Part shown: positions 1 through 12,900 of the stretch, piece after piece | Layout of the letters: each line of letters opens with the position of its first letter | How positions within the stretch are numbered: position 1 is the first letter of the stretch | NCBI GenBank assembly: GCA_016748015.1 | Contig: JAAOMT010000718.1 | Location: 186,001 to 250,000, forward strand | DNA from: Geosiphon pyriformis uo1 | Lineage: Eukaryota; Fungi; Glomeromycota | Length of the DNA: 64,000 bases | Direction of reading: 5' to 3' | Translations under genes and position numbers: made by a program | Notes under the pieces: model-generated | Told to the model about the DNA's origin: nothing | Database searches by the model: none | The model's input: only the letters and a program-made list of their open reading frames with translations

Positions 1-1563
1 CAGTAATTTCTCAGGGACTGATGATTCTGAAATCTGGCTGATGAGGTGGTGATCGAAATCCTGATGGTGTTGGTAATCTTGATTTAAATCCTTCAAAATA
101 ATTGCCATATGCTCCTAATAGTTTGTTTTTCTTTTGTTTACTCTGAAACGCAATTCTTGTTAGCAGTGTTTTTGTACTAGTGGATGCATCTGCTGATGCG
201 ATGTTAATGGTACTTCTTGGTGTGTGATAGTATGATAGATATATTGGAGATTCAATTCTTTGTTTCTTCCAGTTAAGAATTTGTATTCCTTTGGGTGTTA
301 CTGCTGGTGTCTGTAGTCTTCTCTTGCCCTTGTCCTGATAAGTAATAGGGAATGTCCTTTGTGTATATCTTTTAATTTCTTGGTTGATTTCTCTGATGAT
401 GAGTGCAAAGCTGTGATTTCTTGGTAAGTTGGTGTGTTGGATTAGTTCCGAATAGAAATTTTCTCTTGCTAATTCAATGTCAACTGGTCTTCCTAAGAAA
501 TCGGTAATTCTTTCATTGACATAGAAGTTGAAAGCTGATTCTGCTGGGTAATAGTTGTTGTTTAGGCCTAGCTGCTGGCTGTACTGTTAAAATAAGGATT
601 TTGTGAATCCTAGATGGTTTGTCCCTATTATTTCTGATTCTGCCACTTTTGGTTTGGTGTTGTTGGTGCTGGTTCTCTGTAGGATTATATCTCACAGGGA
701 GCACCAAATGTTATAGATAATTATTTCTGCTATTGAATTAAATAACAAACCTGTAACTTGGTGCTCAAAGCTACTTCCATGAATGAAGTTCTGTAAGTAT
801 TGTATCTGAAGATTTTAATGGAGTCCTTTGTATAATGGATAAAGATTCAATAGTGTCGATAGTAAATGTATCTTTTCAAGAGTTTTTCCAATTTTTTTCT
901 CAGCATGGTGGCTGGATTTAGTCTGGCAGTTGTGCCCTTCTGGTAAGCTATCCGATAATATATAAAATCCTACTCTTATTTCTGGGTCTTTTACCAGGCT
1001 ATCCTTGACATTAATAACTTAGTGCTTAATCTTTTAATCAATTAGTATACAACAACAAAATCAAAAGAAAGAAAATAAAATAAAGAAAATAAAATAAAGA
1101 AAATAGAGAAAATAAGCCAAGGCAATTTGGTATGTTAGTATTTTATTAATAGCCATGATCAAGAGCTATTGTTCCAGCGTGGTTAAGTATCAATTACTAT
1201 CAACATGAAGTGTTGATAGTGGAGAGTGGTTTTGAGATATGAAATATTGATTTATTTGATGATTTGTGTTCTGGGCTAAAAATTCTGTTTTTTTTGTTTC
1301 TAATACTACTGTTATATATACATAATTAAGATTCCTCAATTCCTCAATTCTTTATGACAGGAATCCTGGAATTTCTGTAATCCTGCAATTCCTATGAGAG
1401 GAATCCTGAAATTCTGGAATTCTGCAATCCCTTATCGGGAAATCCTGAAATTCTTGGAATCTTGTAATTCCTGAAAGGAATCCTGGAATTCCATATTTAC
1501 TATGCCTATTTCTGATTGACTAATAATCATGCTAATATATTTCCTATATTTCTATGAGTAACA
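1..1563 (-). mobile_element. Ty3/Gypsy LTR retrotransposon E, 5' portion (5' LTR, PBS, start of ORF1); runs off the window's left edge
   Basis: LTR 709-1563 bounded by TGTTA...TAACA. PBS TTTGGTGCTCCCTGTGAG lies directly inside it on the - strand (~691-708). The - strand frame downstream encodes FTKSLF*QYSQQLGLNNNYYPAESAFNFYVNERITDFLG, homologous to the N-terminal ORF1 domain of elements B/C/D. Confidence 0.85.
709..1563 (-). repeat. 5' LTR of element E (855 bp) with internal GGAATCCTGGAATT-type tandem array (~1330-1490)
   Basis: TG...CA termini with TGTTA/TAACA inverted ends. Strong similarity to solo LTR 57715-58552 and, inverted, to 3060-3869. Confidence 0.9.
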
Positions 1564-2287
1564 ATGTTAAAAGTAGAATTTCATTGAATAAAACAATCCA
1601 GAATAGATTTATGGTATTTAATTTGATATATATTACAGATGTATTTAGAAAACTTAAAACATTGAGACAAAATATGGATTGCAGAATTAAGTTCTTTATC
1701 TTTAATTTATACAAAGTTTATATTAAGAAAATTTCAAGTAAATATATTTAGTTTAGTAGTTCTGCAAGAAAATAGTTTATGTATATATTTTAAAACCATA
1801 TATTTATCTGTTTTTTTTTGTTCACTTAAATTTATTAAAATAGTTCTATACTTTATTTTGAAAACTATGTTTACCAAATATATTAATATTTGAATTATTT
1901 GAATTATCAAATTTTATTATTTTGAATTTTGAATCTTTGATAATATTAAATGATATCAACAATGAATTTATTTTGGTAAATTGAAAAGTAGAATTGTTAT
2001 ACATACATAGTTTTATATATTTTTTTAACTGATCATAATAATTAAACAAAATAATAATTAATAAACAAGTAATATAAGTTATATATTTTTTTAATTTCAT
2101 CAAACTTAAACAAATTCATAAACTTTAAACCAGACTTGAATTAAACTCAAATTTGTCAAAAAAGTTTAATATTAAACTCAAACTGAATTATTTTGAAAAA
2201 TTGGTTTGGTTTAAGTTCAGTTTATAATTTAAACCAAACTTAAACAACATTCAAAGTTTGGTTCAGTTCAGTTTAATTAGAACTCTA
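1564..2287 (+). mobile_element. Probable decayed hAT-type DNA transposon end
   Basis: Cluster of AAACC/GGTTT/GTTCAG subterminal repeats in both orientations (2100-2280), ending ...GAACTCTA, as in the ...CCCTA termini of hAT elements. No intact coding evidence. Confidence 0.35.
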
Positions 2288-2349
2288 ACAACAAATAGCA
2301 GGTACTTAAGTATATTAACTATCAATTATTAATTAAAGCTCTTAAGTGT

Positions 2350-4048
2350 TATTACAGTTTAAGAATTTAGCAAAAAAATCATAAAATAATATAAATTATT
2401 CAATCATAATATACTATAGTAATAATTATAAAAAGATAATAATTAACATAGTGGCAAACACTATCTTGCAATAGTGGCAAACACTAATTAATAATAATAT
2501 ACTAACTGGTGATAGTGGCCAATACTAACTGGTAATAGTAATAAAAAAAGTATTATAATGTGTTTTCTTATAGAACTATAAATATGTATATATATAGTAG
2601 CTTTAATATTAAGAAAAACAATATTATTCAACAAGTTATAAAAACAAATTATAAAAACAAGTTATTAAACAATTCATCCAACAGTTCTACTTTAATAATT
2701 TTCTAATCTTTATTTTTAAAAATAAATATTCACAAAAACTTTTAATCAAAAAGAAATAAAAAAAATATTAAAAACTAAATTATCACAACTTAAAATATTA
2801 AAAAACTTACTTGTATTATTTATTGAATAAAACTATCATTCATTAGCTAAATTTTTTGAAAAAATAATCTCTTATTAAGATTATTTATGTTGTTACTAAT
2901 TAATAAAAAATTTATTGTAAAAATTAAAAAAAACATTAAAAGTTATTAATATTTTATGTTTTTAGATTAAAAAAACACATTAAACAATTGTAAAGATAAC
3001 CTTACAAAAAATCTCAAATACTAGATAGATTTCAGTTTAGCTTTTGAGAAAGAATACATTGTTACTTATAAAAAAAAATACAAAAAAGAAGCAAAAAAAA
3101 CAGATAGTAAAAATAGGCCAATAGAAGAATAATATTTACTAAGTGTGCATATTATTGGAAAATCATAGTATATTGCTTAAAAATGTGTAAAATTTTGTAT
3201 AACACAAATTATATATATATAATAAGAGTATTAAAAGCAGAAAAAGTATAAAAGTCAGGAGAACAAAAAGCTAGAAATTAGTAATTACTTAATATCTTTT
3301 TTTTTAAAAGATAATTTTTTATAACTTAAAGTAAACTTATACTTATATCAATATAATTATCTATTACTATTCCATTTATATTATCATTGTTTAATTAAAA
3401 AATATTAATTATTTTTGCATTATCAACAATCTATGTTGATAAAATCTAATATTTAATTATACTGGATCAATAACTCTTGATCATGGCTATTAATAAAATA
3501 CTAATTTCTTAATTTATTTTTTATTTTTTATTTTTTTATTTTTTTATTTTTTGTTGTTTACTTATTAATTAAAAGGATTAAGCACTAAGTATTTGACATC
3601 AAAAATAGTCTGGTAAAAGACCTGGAAACAAAGATAAAAATTTAAGAATAGCTTATCAAAAGAGCACAACTGCCAAAATAAACTGGTTATTATGCTGAAA
3701 AAAAAATTCACAGAAAAAACTATCAATTAAATCTCTGTCCATTATACAAAAAACTTAACTAAAATCTTTAAACTCTAAAATCTTTAAAAATTACTATTAT
3801 CAACAGTTATTAAGTATCAAGTTACAGATTTGTTATTTGTTTTAACACCCCAAATAATTACTTGTAACAACATAAATACATATAGTAATTAGAATTAAAA
3901 AATAATTTACATTGTGACATTAAAAAAAAGTCTTTAGTATAAATATTAACATTATTATACAAATAGAATTAAAAAACTTATAAAAAACTAATTACAATTA
4001 AAATAAAATATTAACAATTAAAATAAACAAGAAAACTATTCTATAATA
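2350..4048 (+). repeat. Decayed solo LTR of the D family, interrupted by solo LTR 3060-3869
   Basis: 2350-3059 and 3874-4048 are collinear with D LTR 55182-56047 (TATTACAGTTTAAGAATTTAGC...CTATTCTATAATA), with heavy C>T/G>A change. Confidence 0.85.
3060..3869 (+). repeat. Solo LTR related to the E family, 4-bp TSD ACAT
   Basis: TGTTAC...GTAACA ends. ACAT at 3056-3059 and 3870-3873. Internal blocks (CTCTTGATCATGGCTATTAATAAAATACTAA; GTCTGGTAAAAGACC) match the reverse complement of LTR 709-1563. Confidence 0.8.
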
Positions 4049-4226
4049 CTATAATATTCAATAATCAATAACTTTTTACTATTAATATAGATTATTTTAA
4101 GTGTTAGATTTAGTTTAAATTTAGTTAATTCTGATAAAATTGCAGTAAAACAAACCAATATTTCTATGACTAAAAATATTATATGATAATATAATATTAC
4201 TTATTCAATAAAATAATTATTAAATA

Positions 4227-4485
4227 TATAAGTAATCAAATTAGAGTTTCGAATTGTTTCAAGTTTTAAATTATTATTAATTATGTAAGTAATTAAGTTA
4301 GTGTTTTAAATTGTCCCAAAATTTAAATTATTATTAATTTTATGAATAATTAAGTTATAGTTTTAAATTGTTCTAAGTTTTAAATTATTATTAATTGTAT
4401 GAATAATCAAGTTAGAGTTTCGAATTGTTTTAAATTCTAAATTATTATTAATTATATAAGTAATCAAGTTGAATTTTTGAATTAG
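4227..4485. repeat. 57-bp tandem minisatellite, ~4.5 copies
   Basis: Units start at 4227, 4284, 4341, 4398 and 4455 (consensus ~TATAAGTAATCAAGTTAGAGTTTCGAATTGTTYYAAGTTTTAAATTATTATTAATTA). No spacers between units. Confidence 0.9.
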
Positions 4486-4619
4486 TTCTATCTGATTAAA
4501 GTTTTAATTGTACTTTTTTTTGTTTTTTGATTGTATTATATCTAATAGTAAAAAACATGCTATTTTTTTAACTTGTATTTCACAAAGTTATAAGAATACT
4601 ATATATTTTATGATAAGTT

Positions 4620-6183
4620 TATAATGTTTGATTGATATCATATAAATAATAAAAACCAATCAAAAACTACAAAACACTTTAAAGAAAACAGTTTTTTATA
4701 CATAAAACAGTCTTTAATTTTGGCTTGGGTTAAAAATAAACCAAATTTTTGTTTATAAGCAAATACAATATATAACTTAATTAGCAAATATATATACATA
4801 GTATGTAATTTTAACTTTAATAAAACACTTGTTATTTTTGTTTAAGAGACAGAATCATATAAAATAATATTTATTGAAGATATAATTTTAACTGCTGACA
4901 TAAAGTTTTATAATCAATTGAATATTCCAAAAAATAAATGCTAAAAACTATCTAATAGCTGACTTGAAAGCTTTAAAGATTATGTTAAATTGCATTTACT
5001 TTATTTTTATAATAATATCTTATTAGTCAATATTAAGCATATTAAAAATAAATGAGTGTATATAATAATACTTTTTGCTAATTAGAAATTATACAATATT
5101 TTTAATATAAATAAAACTGCACTATTTTATGCCATATTACCAAATTAAAATTTTGCTACAATATCATATTATAATACCAAATAATCAAAAATACAACTGA
5201 TATTTGTTTTTACAATTAATGCTAATAAAACTAAGTATTTGCTATTACTTATTATTAGTTATACTAAACATCTATGCTGTTTTCAAAAAAAAACAAAAGA
5301 GCAACTTGGTTTTTAGTATTATTCAAATATTTATGCTTAGATGACAAATAATATTTTTTAATAATGACTTGTTAATTAGAACAATCAGCTGTATAAAAAA
5401 AACCAAAACATATTATTATTAGTAGACAATTTTGTTGATTATAATTATAATATAAAATCTATTATAAATATTTATATAAAATAATTTGCATTTAACTTAA
5501 CAACATATATTTAACTTATAAATATTAGAATTATTTATTGTTTTAAGACATATTACTATCACTATTTTTTTATTATGTATTGGATTTTTTTGATAATAGT
5601 ATTGATAATATTTATACAATTAACCAACTTTAAGCAATATATATAATTTATAGGGCATAAAAAAATGTTTCAAATAAAATAATCACTCATTGCTGACACA
5701 AAAGTTGGCATTTTTTCAATTAATATAAATGATAACTTTTAAAATAAAACTGCAAACTTGAAAATAATAGCTAATTATAAACAAAAAATAGTATTAGAAA
5801 AGATTAAAAATTGTTATAAAAAATTTAATTATATACAGCCAAATTATACATACTTATTAATTAAATAGTTAGTAAATCTATTTGAAGAAAACAATACAAT
5901 TACTTTGAAATATTTAGATGATGATAAAATTGTAAATTATATTATAACAAATTATAAAACAAAGTATAATAGCTCTAATAAAAAACAAAAAATACAAAAA
6001 ATAATAAATATTAAGAATATACTAACTGTTATTACAAATCTTAAACAGTTTATAAAGCTTAAAAATAACAAGAAATTTTATGATATAGTTAATAAGCTTG
6101 TTTATGTTAAATATATACTTTATAAAAGAATACAAGATAAACAAAAACAAATAACTCTTATAAGTTTCTTTAATATTGTATAA
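4620..6183 (+). pseudogene. pogo/Tigger-like (CENP-B HTH + DDE_1) transposase relic
   Basis: Reversing C>T/G>A changes recovers family motifs: LSNGWLExFK (~4950), IFNMDETALFY (~5100), NADGT, YYSNxxAWMT (~5320), ILLLVDNF (~5410), CWHKVGI (~5690), and a C-terminal PIP-box-like QITLISFF. Possible right TIR near 6330-6357. Confidence 0.7.
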
Positions 6184-6994
6184 ACTATTTAAAGATTTTT
6201 ATAAAAATATGCAAATAAATTTATTCTTTAATAATATTATATTTATTTTTATTATATATATATAATATATACATAAACCTAAAAAAACTTATAACTTGTA
6301 ATAATCTATAACAATTTGTATTTATTAAGAATATGGATTATTTCAGGTTTGACTATAATAAAAAAAAAGACAATATTCAATTTTTTAAATATTAAAAAAC
6401 TTGATTAAAAAAAATTTTTAAATTATGTTTTTAATATAAAAATTGGTTAAATAAGAATAATTTTCTTTTAAAAATACTTATTTAAAATTTTTTTGGTAAA
6501 TTAACAAAAAAAATAAAAGAATTATAATATTAAATAACTAAATTTTTTATAATTTTTATAATAAATTAAATTAAATTAAATTTATAAGAGCTTAATTTAT
6601 ACAAAAACAATAAAAAATACTTAATTTAAAGTTTTTTAAATTTGAAATACACAAATATACAATAAATTTTAATATTAATAGCAAATATATAATTAATAAT
6701 TCAAGTTTTTTTATTAGTTTTTTTCAAAAAATTACCAAAATTATATATAATTATGTTTATAAATAAAGTAAATATTAATATTTTAAATTGATTTTTTAAT
6801 AATCAAGTTGTTTAATTTATATTAATTTTAATTATATATATTAAATTTTTATTAATTAAGATTAACTGCTTAAATATTAACAAATTAATATAATTTAATT
6901 TGGCAAATTTTATTATAGATTTTATTATAGTTTAATAAGTTATAATTAAATTAATACTACTATTTTAAATTTAAATAAAACCAAAATAATTACT

Positions 6995-9900
6995 TTTTAT
7001 TATTATTATTTAATAAGTATAGCCCAACTATTGTCTAGTATACAGAAACAAACTAAATGAATCTAACCAAATATGGTTCACACTTTTATTATATGTGACC
7101 AGTTATTTGGGCCAATCTAAACTACATTATATATCTATATAAATTTTTATACTATTACAAATATCTAAAAAAAATAAACAAGTCTTTCACAAACTAAAAT
7201 TCACAGTAAATAACTTTTTAATACCAAAAAAATAAACAATGCCTACTAACAGACAACCAAATACAAGATTAAAAAGAACAGAAATTATCTTTATATCACT
7301 AATTAGACCACTTTTTTCTATATCTATCTTGAATTTTGCTCTAAACAATCACAGCTTACTTTGATGCTTTTTAGTTAAACATTAAACAAAATTAACTACT
7401 ACTGAAACAGTTCTCTTTTTATTACCAAAAATTATAAATGTCTTATTTATTCAATCCTTAAAAACAAAATTTTTATATAAAACTGTATAAATACCAATAT
7501 TTAATATTTCAGAAAAAAGAGTATATAGTATTAAAGATAATAATAAAGAGCACCCAATTACCAAAGATTTTTACAAATTAATATGGCTTAACAAGACTTC
7601 AGAGTATGTTTCTGCCTTTTTTGAGCAAATAAAAACATGATCAAATAATTTTACCTTATCACATATCAAGCACAAAACTCCAAAATAACTTTTGTTATAG
7701 TTTTTTTTCTAACAATAACAAAAAGCCTTTTGTAAACTGCTTTTATCAAATATATACAGAGAGTAATCAAAGTCTTGCTTATAAATTCGAAAAGCATATG
7801 TAAGTTTGAATACCAAACTGCTATAATAACAATTTAATCTATATTACCAATTATAGTTTCTTCTATTACTTTAGTACTTGGGCCAGCTTTCCACCAAGCA
7901 TAACAAATAATCTTATAAATGTCTTGAATAAAATAGCAAGTATTTTTTAACACAACTTTTCTATTAACTACAATAAATTTTTTATAAATCCTCTTAGAGA
8001 GAACAAAACCAAAATGTATAGTACTACATATAAGAACATTAGTCTTATTATTACCAGTATTTTCTGAATATCTCTTGATCTTTACCTACTTAACTAAAAT
8101 ATTCTTAGCTCTGATTAAATTAATTATATAATGCCTTTTTATTTAGCACTTGTTTTAAAAGTTTAGCAGATGTAGATTAAATTCCAAAGCACATGTATTC
8201 AAAGCAGTTTAACTGTTTATATATACAATTATTAAGCAAAAAAAAGACATGTACTTTAGCACTAAAGTAATTGTTTGAAGTTTTATTAATATAAAAGACA
8301 GCAATTTATATATCTTAATATTTACCAATTCAATATCAGAAAAATAAGCTGTTGTTCTATCAATAATCTTTGCAATATTCAATTGTTTTAAAAATCTATT
8401 TATGTAAACATTAAAAACATTAGTCTATAATTTATGTAAATGTTTTTGAATATTTAAAAATTTACTTGAACAAATAATATTTAACCAGTCAAAGATAAGA
8501 ACAATCTTATTAGTTTTGGTTGAATAAATACTTATGTAGACTAAAACTTTATTAAATCACAAAGGCACTAAATTTTTAGCACTCAATTTTTTTTAGTGAT
8601 GAAAAGTTTTTTAATTTACTATATACTTACACTTATTTAACAATCTATTATCAAAAATAACACTAAAATGCTTGAAAGAAGAAATTACATCATAATAAAA
8701 AGAGTTCTTTAGAATTTTAGACATAAGAAAGTAATTAGTACTATAAAACATATTAGATAAGTTATTGGCCAAAGATAACTTGTTATTCAAAAAAAATTTT
8801 ATAATACTTGCCAAAAAATTGTTTACAAGATTAATTTTTAATTTAACAGAATACTACAAAAAATTCATTAGAGCCTATTTTAAAATTTACAAATCCAAAA
8901 AGCAATACTTAAACAAATAACTGAGAATTTCAGATATATTAAAGAACCCAATTAGTAAAGCAGTTTTGTCTTTTGTCTGTATCTGCTTAAATGTTTTTAG
9001 CTCATAAAAAGAAAGATGATGCAAAGTTTTATTAAAAAAGTTTTTTGGCAAGTTGGTTTTAGATTTGAATTTCTTTTTTAACAACACATCCCACTTTTGA
9101 CATATACTTTTAGATACAAAACTGAACTGTGTGTAGTAATTAATAATAGGTTGTAAGATTGCCAAAACCAAATAAAAAAATTATTTATTAGACAATGTCT
9201 TCTTAAAAACTAAGTTAGAAAAGAACTTAACATTTAAATATGTTTTAACAAGACTAGGCTTAAACAAACTCTTTGTCAATAGAAAGATACTTAAATATCT
9301 GTAATATTTATTATGTTTAGCTATAAAAATTGGCTAATTACTAATATATAACAAAGTATCTATAACTTATTAATTGATAAAAATTGTCACCATTTTGTTA
9401 TTATTAATAAAAATATTATTAACCTCAAAAAACTCACTAATAATATCCAAAATATGTTGTGTTAAAGCCTAACTATTTTTTATTTATATTGTATCATTAA
9501 CAAATGCATTTGCTGTAAAAAACGAAAATCTATTTCTTTCCATCTCTATTCTATCTGTTTTTGTTACAAAGTTTGTGTTAATTCTATATCTATACAAGTG
9601 TTTTTGTTTTTTAACCTTATATAACAAAGAATTATAAAAAATTCTCCATAAAAGTAGTAAGAAAACTTTACTCTGATCCAACTTATCTAGGATTTTGTAC
9701 TTATTTAAAAGACCAAAATTAGTTATTAATCTGTTGATTTTGTTTATATATATATTTCTAAAAACTTAATAAATCTTCTACATATTTTTATTTATTTCAA
9801 ACTAGTCTTTAAATATTATTATCCAATTAAATTATAGGTCTTATACATGTTTTACAATATTAGTCAAACTTTTTGACTTTTTTTCAAAGCATTTTTTACT

Positions 9901-12900
9901 ATTGAACTAATCATAAATACAGAAAATTAAATCAAAATATTTTTCAAAACTAAGAAATTATCACTTTAAAAAATATTATGTTTAATATAAACAAATAAAA
10001 TATGATCTAAATATATCTTAAAAAGTATTTTTCTAGCCATTTTGATTAATAAAATAAGTCATGTATTTGTTAAAATACTGTTATCCAAATAGAAAAACCA
10101 ATTCAAGTTATAAAAAAATGTGATCAAAAAAATGTAATAACACAAGATAACATGAAAAAGCATAGAATAATACATAATAACTCAGGATAACACAATACAA
10201 AACACAATAATATAATATAGCATAAAATAGTAAGAATAACTAATAATAATATAGAGAAATAAAGCAATAACAGAAATAGCAAAAAATAATTAGCAATAAT
10301 AAAACAATCAAAAACAGTCTTGTAAAACTAAAAAAAATGTATAAAAGAAAATAATTATAAAAGATAAACCAAAAATTAACTTCTTTTTATCTATATTTGC
10401 TATATATTCTTTGTTACATTTTATATCTTATATTACTAAAATAAAAGAAATATTAATAAAACTCAAAATTTCTATTGGTATGATTCTCATATTTTACATG
10501 TTATAACTGAATTAATCTTGTTTTTACCTTTGTTTCTGACCAGATACTCTTAGTATAAAACAGCCTCAAACTATTATGACTTAAACCAATCACTTTTAAT
10601 CATAGTGATTGATAATACTAATTTTTTTTTTTATTATCTTTTATTTTTCTATTTTTATTTTTATTTTTATTTTCTCTTGTAAAGCAGCAACATAAAAAAA
10701 TCAACTGTCTGGAAATAAACTTTATGATAGCCTGGTAAAAGAGAAAAGCTTCCCTTAAAATTAAATATTAATATTATCTTGTTAGCTTACTAGAAGGGTA
10801 AAAAGACACTATTGGACTCTAATAATTGTGTTTGACTAGTTCAGAGAAGATAATTTACATATAAGAAGTTGTAATATCATAAAACCATTTCTCTGTGTTT
10901 TATAACCAAAGAATTCTACAAGTAAATTCATATCAATCAAAAAAACTTTTAAAGACTGATAACACTGACATATCAAACAAGTCTATCAAAAAAAACCTAT
11001 TAAAAGCTTTCTAGAAACCCAAATTTTAAGCACCAAATATTATCATCATATACTACCAAGTTTATTTGTAACAATGCTTTTTTAATCATATAATTTAGGG
11101 ATCATTAAGACTTATACTCTCTTTTAGAGAGTTGGAATATCTCTAAATACCAGACAAAAATTCAATAAATATAACAAATAATCCAGTATCTTATTCTCAT
11201 AATGTTTTCAAAGTTTATTTAATATGTCTAACAAATCAGCTGCTTTGCTATTAGACAGTTCATCAATTATTATAACCAATTAATGCTTACTGATCTTGTT
11301 TATAATCTTAAAAAAAGCATTTTTCTTCACATAATCCAATAGTATGTATTGTTAAAACCAAATAATAGACAGTATTAAAAGCATTTTGTGTTTTTTATTT
11401 AATCTATTATAATTTTATCAAATTTAAGCTTTACCTTCTTTGGATCTAAAACCAACTTTTTTTCAACCACCAAATAATCCAAAATACTTCTTATCATGCT
11501 TTTTTTGTCAAAACTAAAATTCTTCATTTGTTTTTTTAATGACTGAATTTTTGGCAATCTTTGATTTATAGTACTTAGACTTTCTGTATTTTTTTCTAAC
11601 TAATAACAAATATTTAATAACATTAATTGAATTTGTATTATTCTGAACCAAAATATTAAACTTGGAAGCCTCTTTATTATCAAATATTGACTATTTTATA
11701 AGGAGGCAATCATACTCAAATATGTTGTTTGTGCTTAATCTCTTCATAATCCAGTAACTTCAGACCAAGAAATCTTAAAGACTGTTTATTTCTTAAGTAC
11801 TTAAAAATACTGAACTAATGTTTAAAAAAATATCATCTGTTGAATTTACAATTATTCTTTTTAAAATCTTTTACATATTGTTTAATTTGTCAAAAGCTTT
11901 TGTATTTATAAATCTATTTACTACTAATAATAGTTTGGTTAAAACACATTTTTTAAAATGGGTCCATTTGGCATCATTTGTATTTTTAATATTAAACTTC
12001 TAGCAATCTTTGTTTATTTATTTGTAAATACTGTTCAGACATGTATTTAAAAGTTTTTTCAAGCCAATTAAAACTACAATAATTTTATAATTTGTATCAA
12101 AAAACTTAAATACAGCACCAATTTTTCATATTATAACTGTTAACAACAGAATCTTACTAACAAAAATGTAGTTAATAATCTTTATAGTATTTCTAAAGTT
12201 ACTCTAAATAAAAATTTTTGCCAAAAAGTGTCTTTTGAGTGAATTAACCAGGCCTATATTCAAATATTTCCTAAAGCTTATACTTTTTTTAAAACCATTT
12301 TTATTAAAATTATCACCTAAAACAACAAAAGAGCTAGAATTAATAGCTTTAAAGATAATAAAATTAATATTGAAAGTCTAATTAAACCACACACTAACAA
12401 ATGCTCCAATATATAAACTTAAAATTGTAACCAAAAACTTGTTTTTAAATAAAAACTATATTGAAATCAAATGACTTGAAATCTTATTCATCTTAGAAAC
12501 ATATTAAGCTAAAGAACTGTTTATAATTACAGCCATTTTAGTATTAAAAAAACCAACATTCAAACCAGAAATAAAAATCCAAACTTTATTAAACTTATTT
12601 ATAATTTACAGCCTAATACTAGACTTTAATTTAGTTTTTACAATAATTGAAATCATGTTTCCAGATTTTATATATCAATAAACAACATCTTTTTGTTTAG
12701 TAAAAATATTAATACCCTAAATATTGCATATAGCAATTTTTCAAATCAAATCTGTTATTAAGAAGAATAAGACTCTAATTTCAAAACAAGATTATTTACT
12801 TTGGTTAAAAAGCCTATAACTGTATTTAAGAGACTTATCAAACTGTTTTTCAATTTAGAAACCACCAACAAATTAACAAATATTATTCTTATAATAGTTT

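Noticed and set aside
1554-2103. Short AT-rich ORFs as host genes (also 11818-12003, 63387-63717)
   Set aside because: Low-complexity N/K/I/F/L translations within decayed repeats, with no motifs.
2346-4052. TSD for the decayed solo D LTR
   Set aside because: The flanks GTGT and CTAT do not match convincingly, so it was excluded from the TSD tally.
4227-4485. CRISPR-like array
   Set aside because: The units are contiguous 57-bp tandem copies with no unique spacers, there are no cas genes, and the context is eukaryotic TE sequence.
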